A stretch of 63,818 bases of DNA, filler included, from Rhabdomonas costata (lineage: Eukaryota): assembly GCA_019059605.1 (NCBI GenBank). It is 31 parts of 31 records of this genome, joined end to end, with 100 filler letters (N's around TTAATTAATTAA, not from the genome) between each part and the next. Parts side by side here need not be neighbours in the genome. Positions count along the whole stretch, not along the records: positions 61,859 to 63,818 come from JAHMHO010006961.1; 30 more parts are not named here. The stretch is one strand, 5' to 3'. The notes beneath the pieces were generated by a model. The model had not been told where the DNA came from, made no database searches, and saw only the letters and a program-made list of their open reading frames with translations. Below are positions 63,237 through 63,818 of this stretch, one piece after another; positions within the stretch are counted from its first letter, which is position 1, and each line of letters opens with the position of its first letter. The translations under genes were made by a program, and so were the position numbers.

Positions 63237-63818
63237 CTGTGCACAAATGCGGGGAAAAGGGACAAGGGAAGCAAATTTGGAGATGAAGGGAAAATCGAAG
63301 TTTTCGATAGCAGCTTATAAGTTTTCGACTCAAATTTTTCTCTCTTTCTCTTTCTCTCTCTCTCTTTGCCTTCCTCTCTTCTTTTTTTTTTTTTCTCTCT
63401 CTTATTTTCCAAAAAATACTGAAATGATTGTGTGTGTTTTTCCCCATCTTTAGGAGGTAAAAAAAAGGCACTCAAATGCACAAAAATTCACCTTGCACAT
63501 TTAGGAGGAAACATCAGAGTCAGGGCACCAATTGGAGGGGCTTGCCGAGTCAAGGAATGAGAGCAAGCCCGTTAGTACTCCAGTATCTTGCGGTGACAAA
63601 AAGAGGCGACCGAATACTTGTTGGTTATCAAACATGGTATCATGTCATATGCTTGCCATTCTGCATTCTTAGTCTGACCAAAACTTTTCGATGCTAGCCC
63701 CTTCATAACATATTGGAACCGAAACCTTCCCTTGCGCACCTCCACGGGGCCGGACCCCGGATTTACGTTTCATTTTTTACTAGCTCTTTTTGTTGAAAAC
63801 CCTAACTTCAACCACAAC

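Noticed and set aside
1-63818. Gene-sized nanochromosomes with G/T telomeres
   Set aside because: The tails have no fixed repeat unit, genes are cut mid-exon or mid-intron, and the uniform size reflects length-sorted contigs.

Overview
This window is not contiguous DNA. It is 31 unrelated contigs of about 1.96 kb, joined by an artificial 100-nt spacer (N-run, TTAATTAATTAA, N-run). The DNA is from an intron-rich eukaryote. Kinetoplastid-like signatures in eS27 and eS30, many short GT-AG cis introns and an IP39/amastin-like protein point to a euglenozoan, most likely a euglenid (inference). G/T-only contig starts, C/A-only ends and terminal fold-back repeats suggest a whole-genome-amplified draft. 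Almost all entries in the ORF track are noise; real genes appear as spliced exon fragments. These include VMP1, a DFR/CCR-like reductase, an amino-acid transporter, three class III adenylate cyclase loci, two RRM proteins, CFAP299, a tandem OB-fold protein, a DUSP11-like phosphatase, a DEX1-like FG-GAP protein, EF-hand, IQ, EGF/laminin and IPT/TIG proteins, PDI, RPS27 and RPS30. The standout is contig 26805-28767: an intron-free, stop-free 1836-bp unit encoding four SET/post-SET domains in A-B-A'-B' order, whose ends overlap exactly by 127 bp in frame. It is probably a collapsed tandem array, or possibly a circle, encoding a poly-SET protein. Also notable are an antisense gene apparently nested in the CFAP299 intron, a dispersed repeat seen four times, and a GT(A/G)(T/C)G-like splice donor consensus. 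All homology calls come from motif recognition by eye, not database searches.
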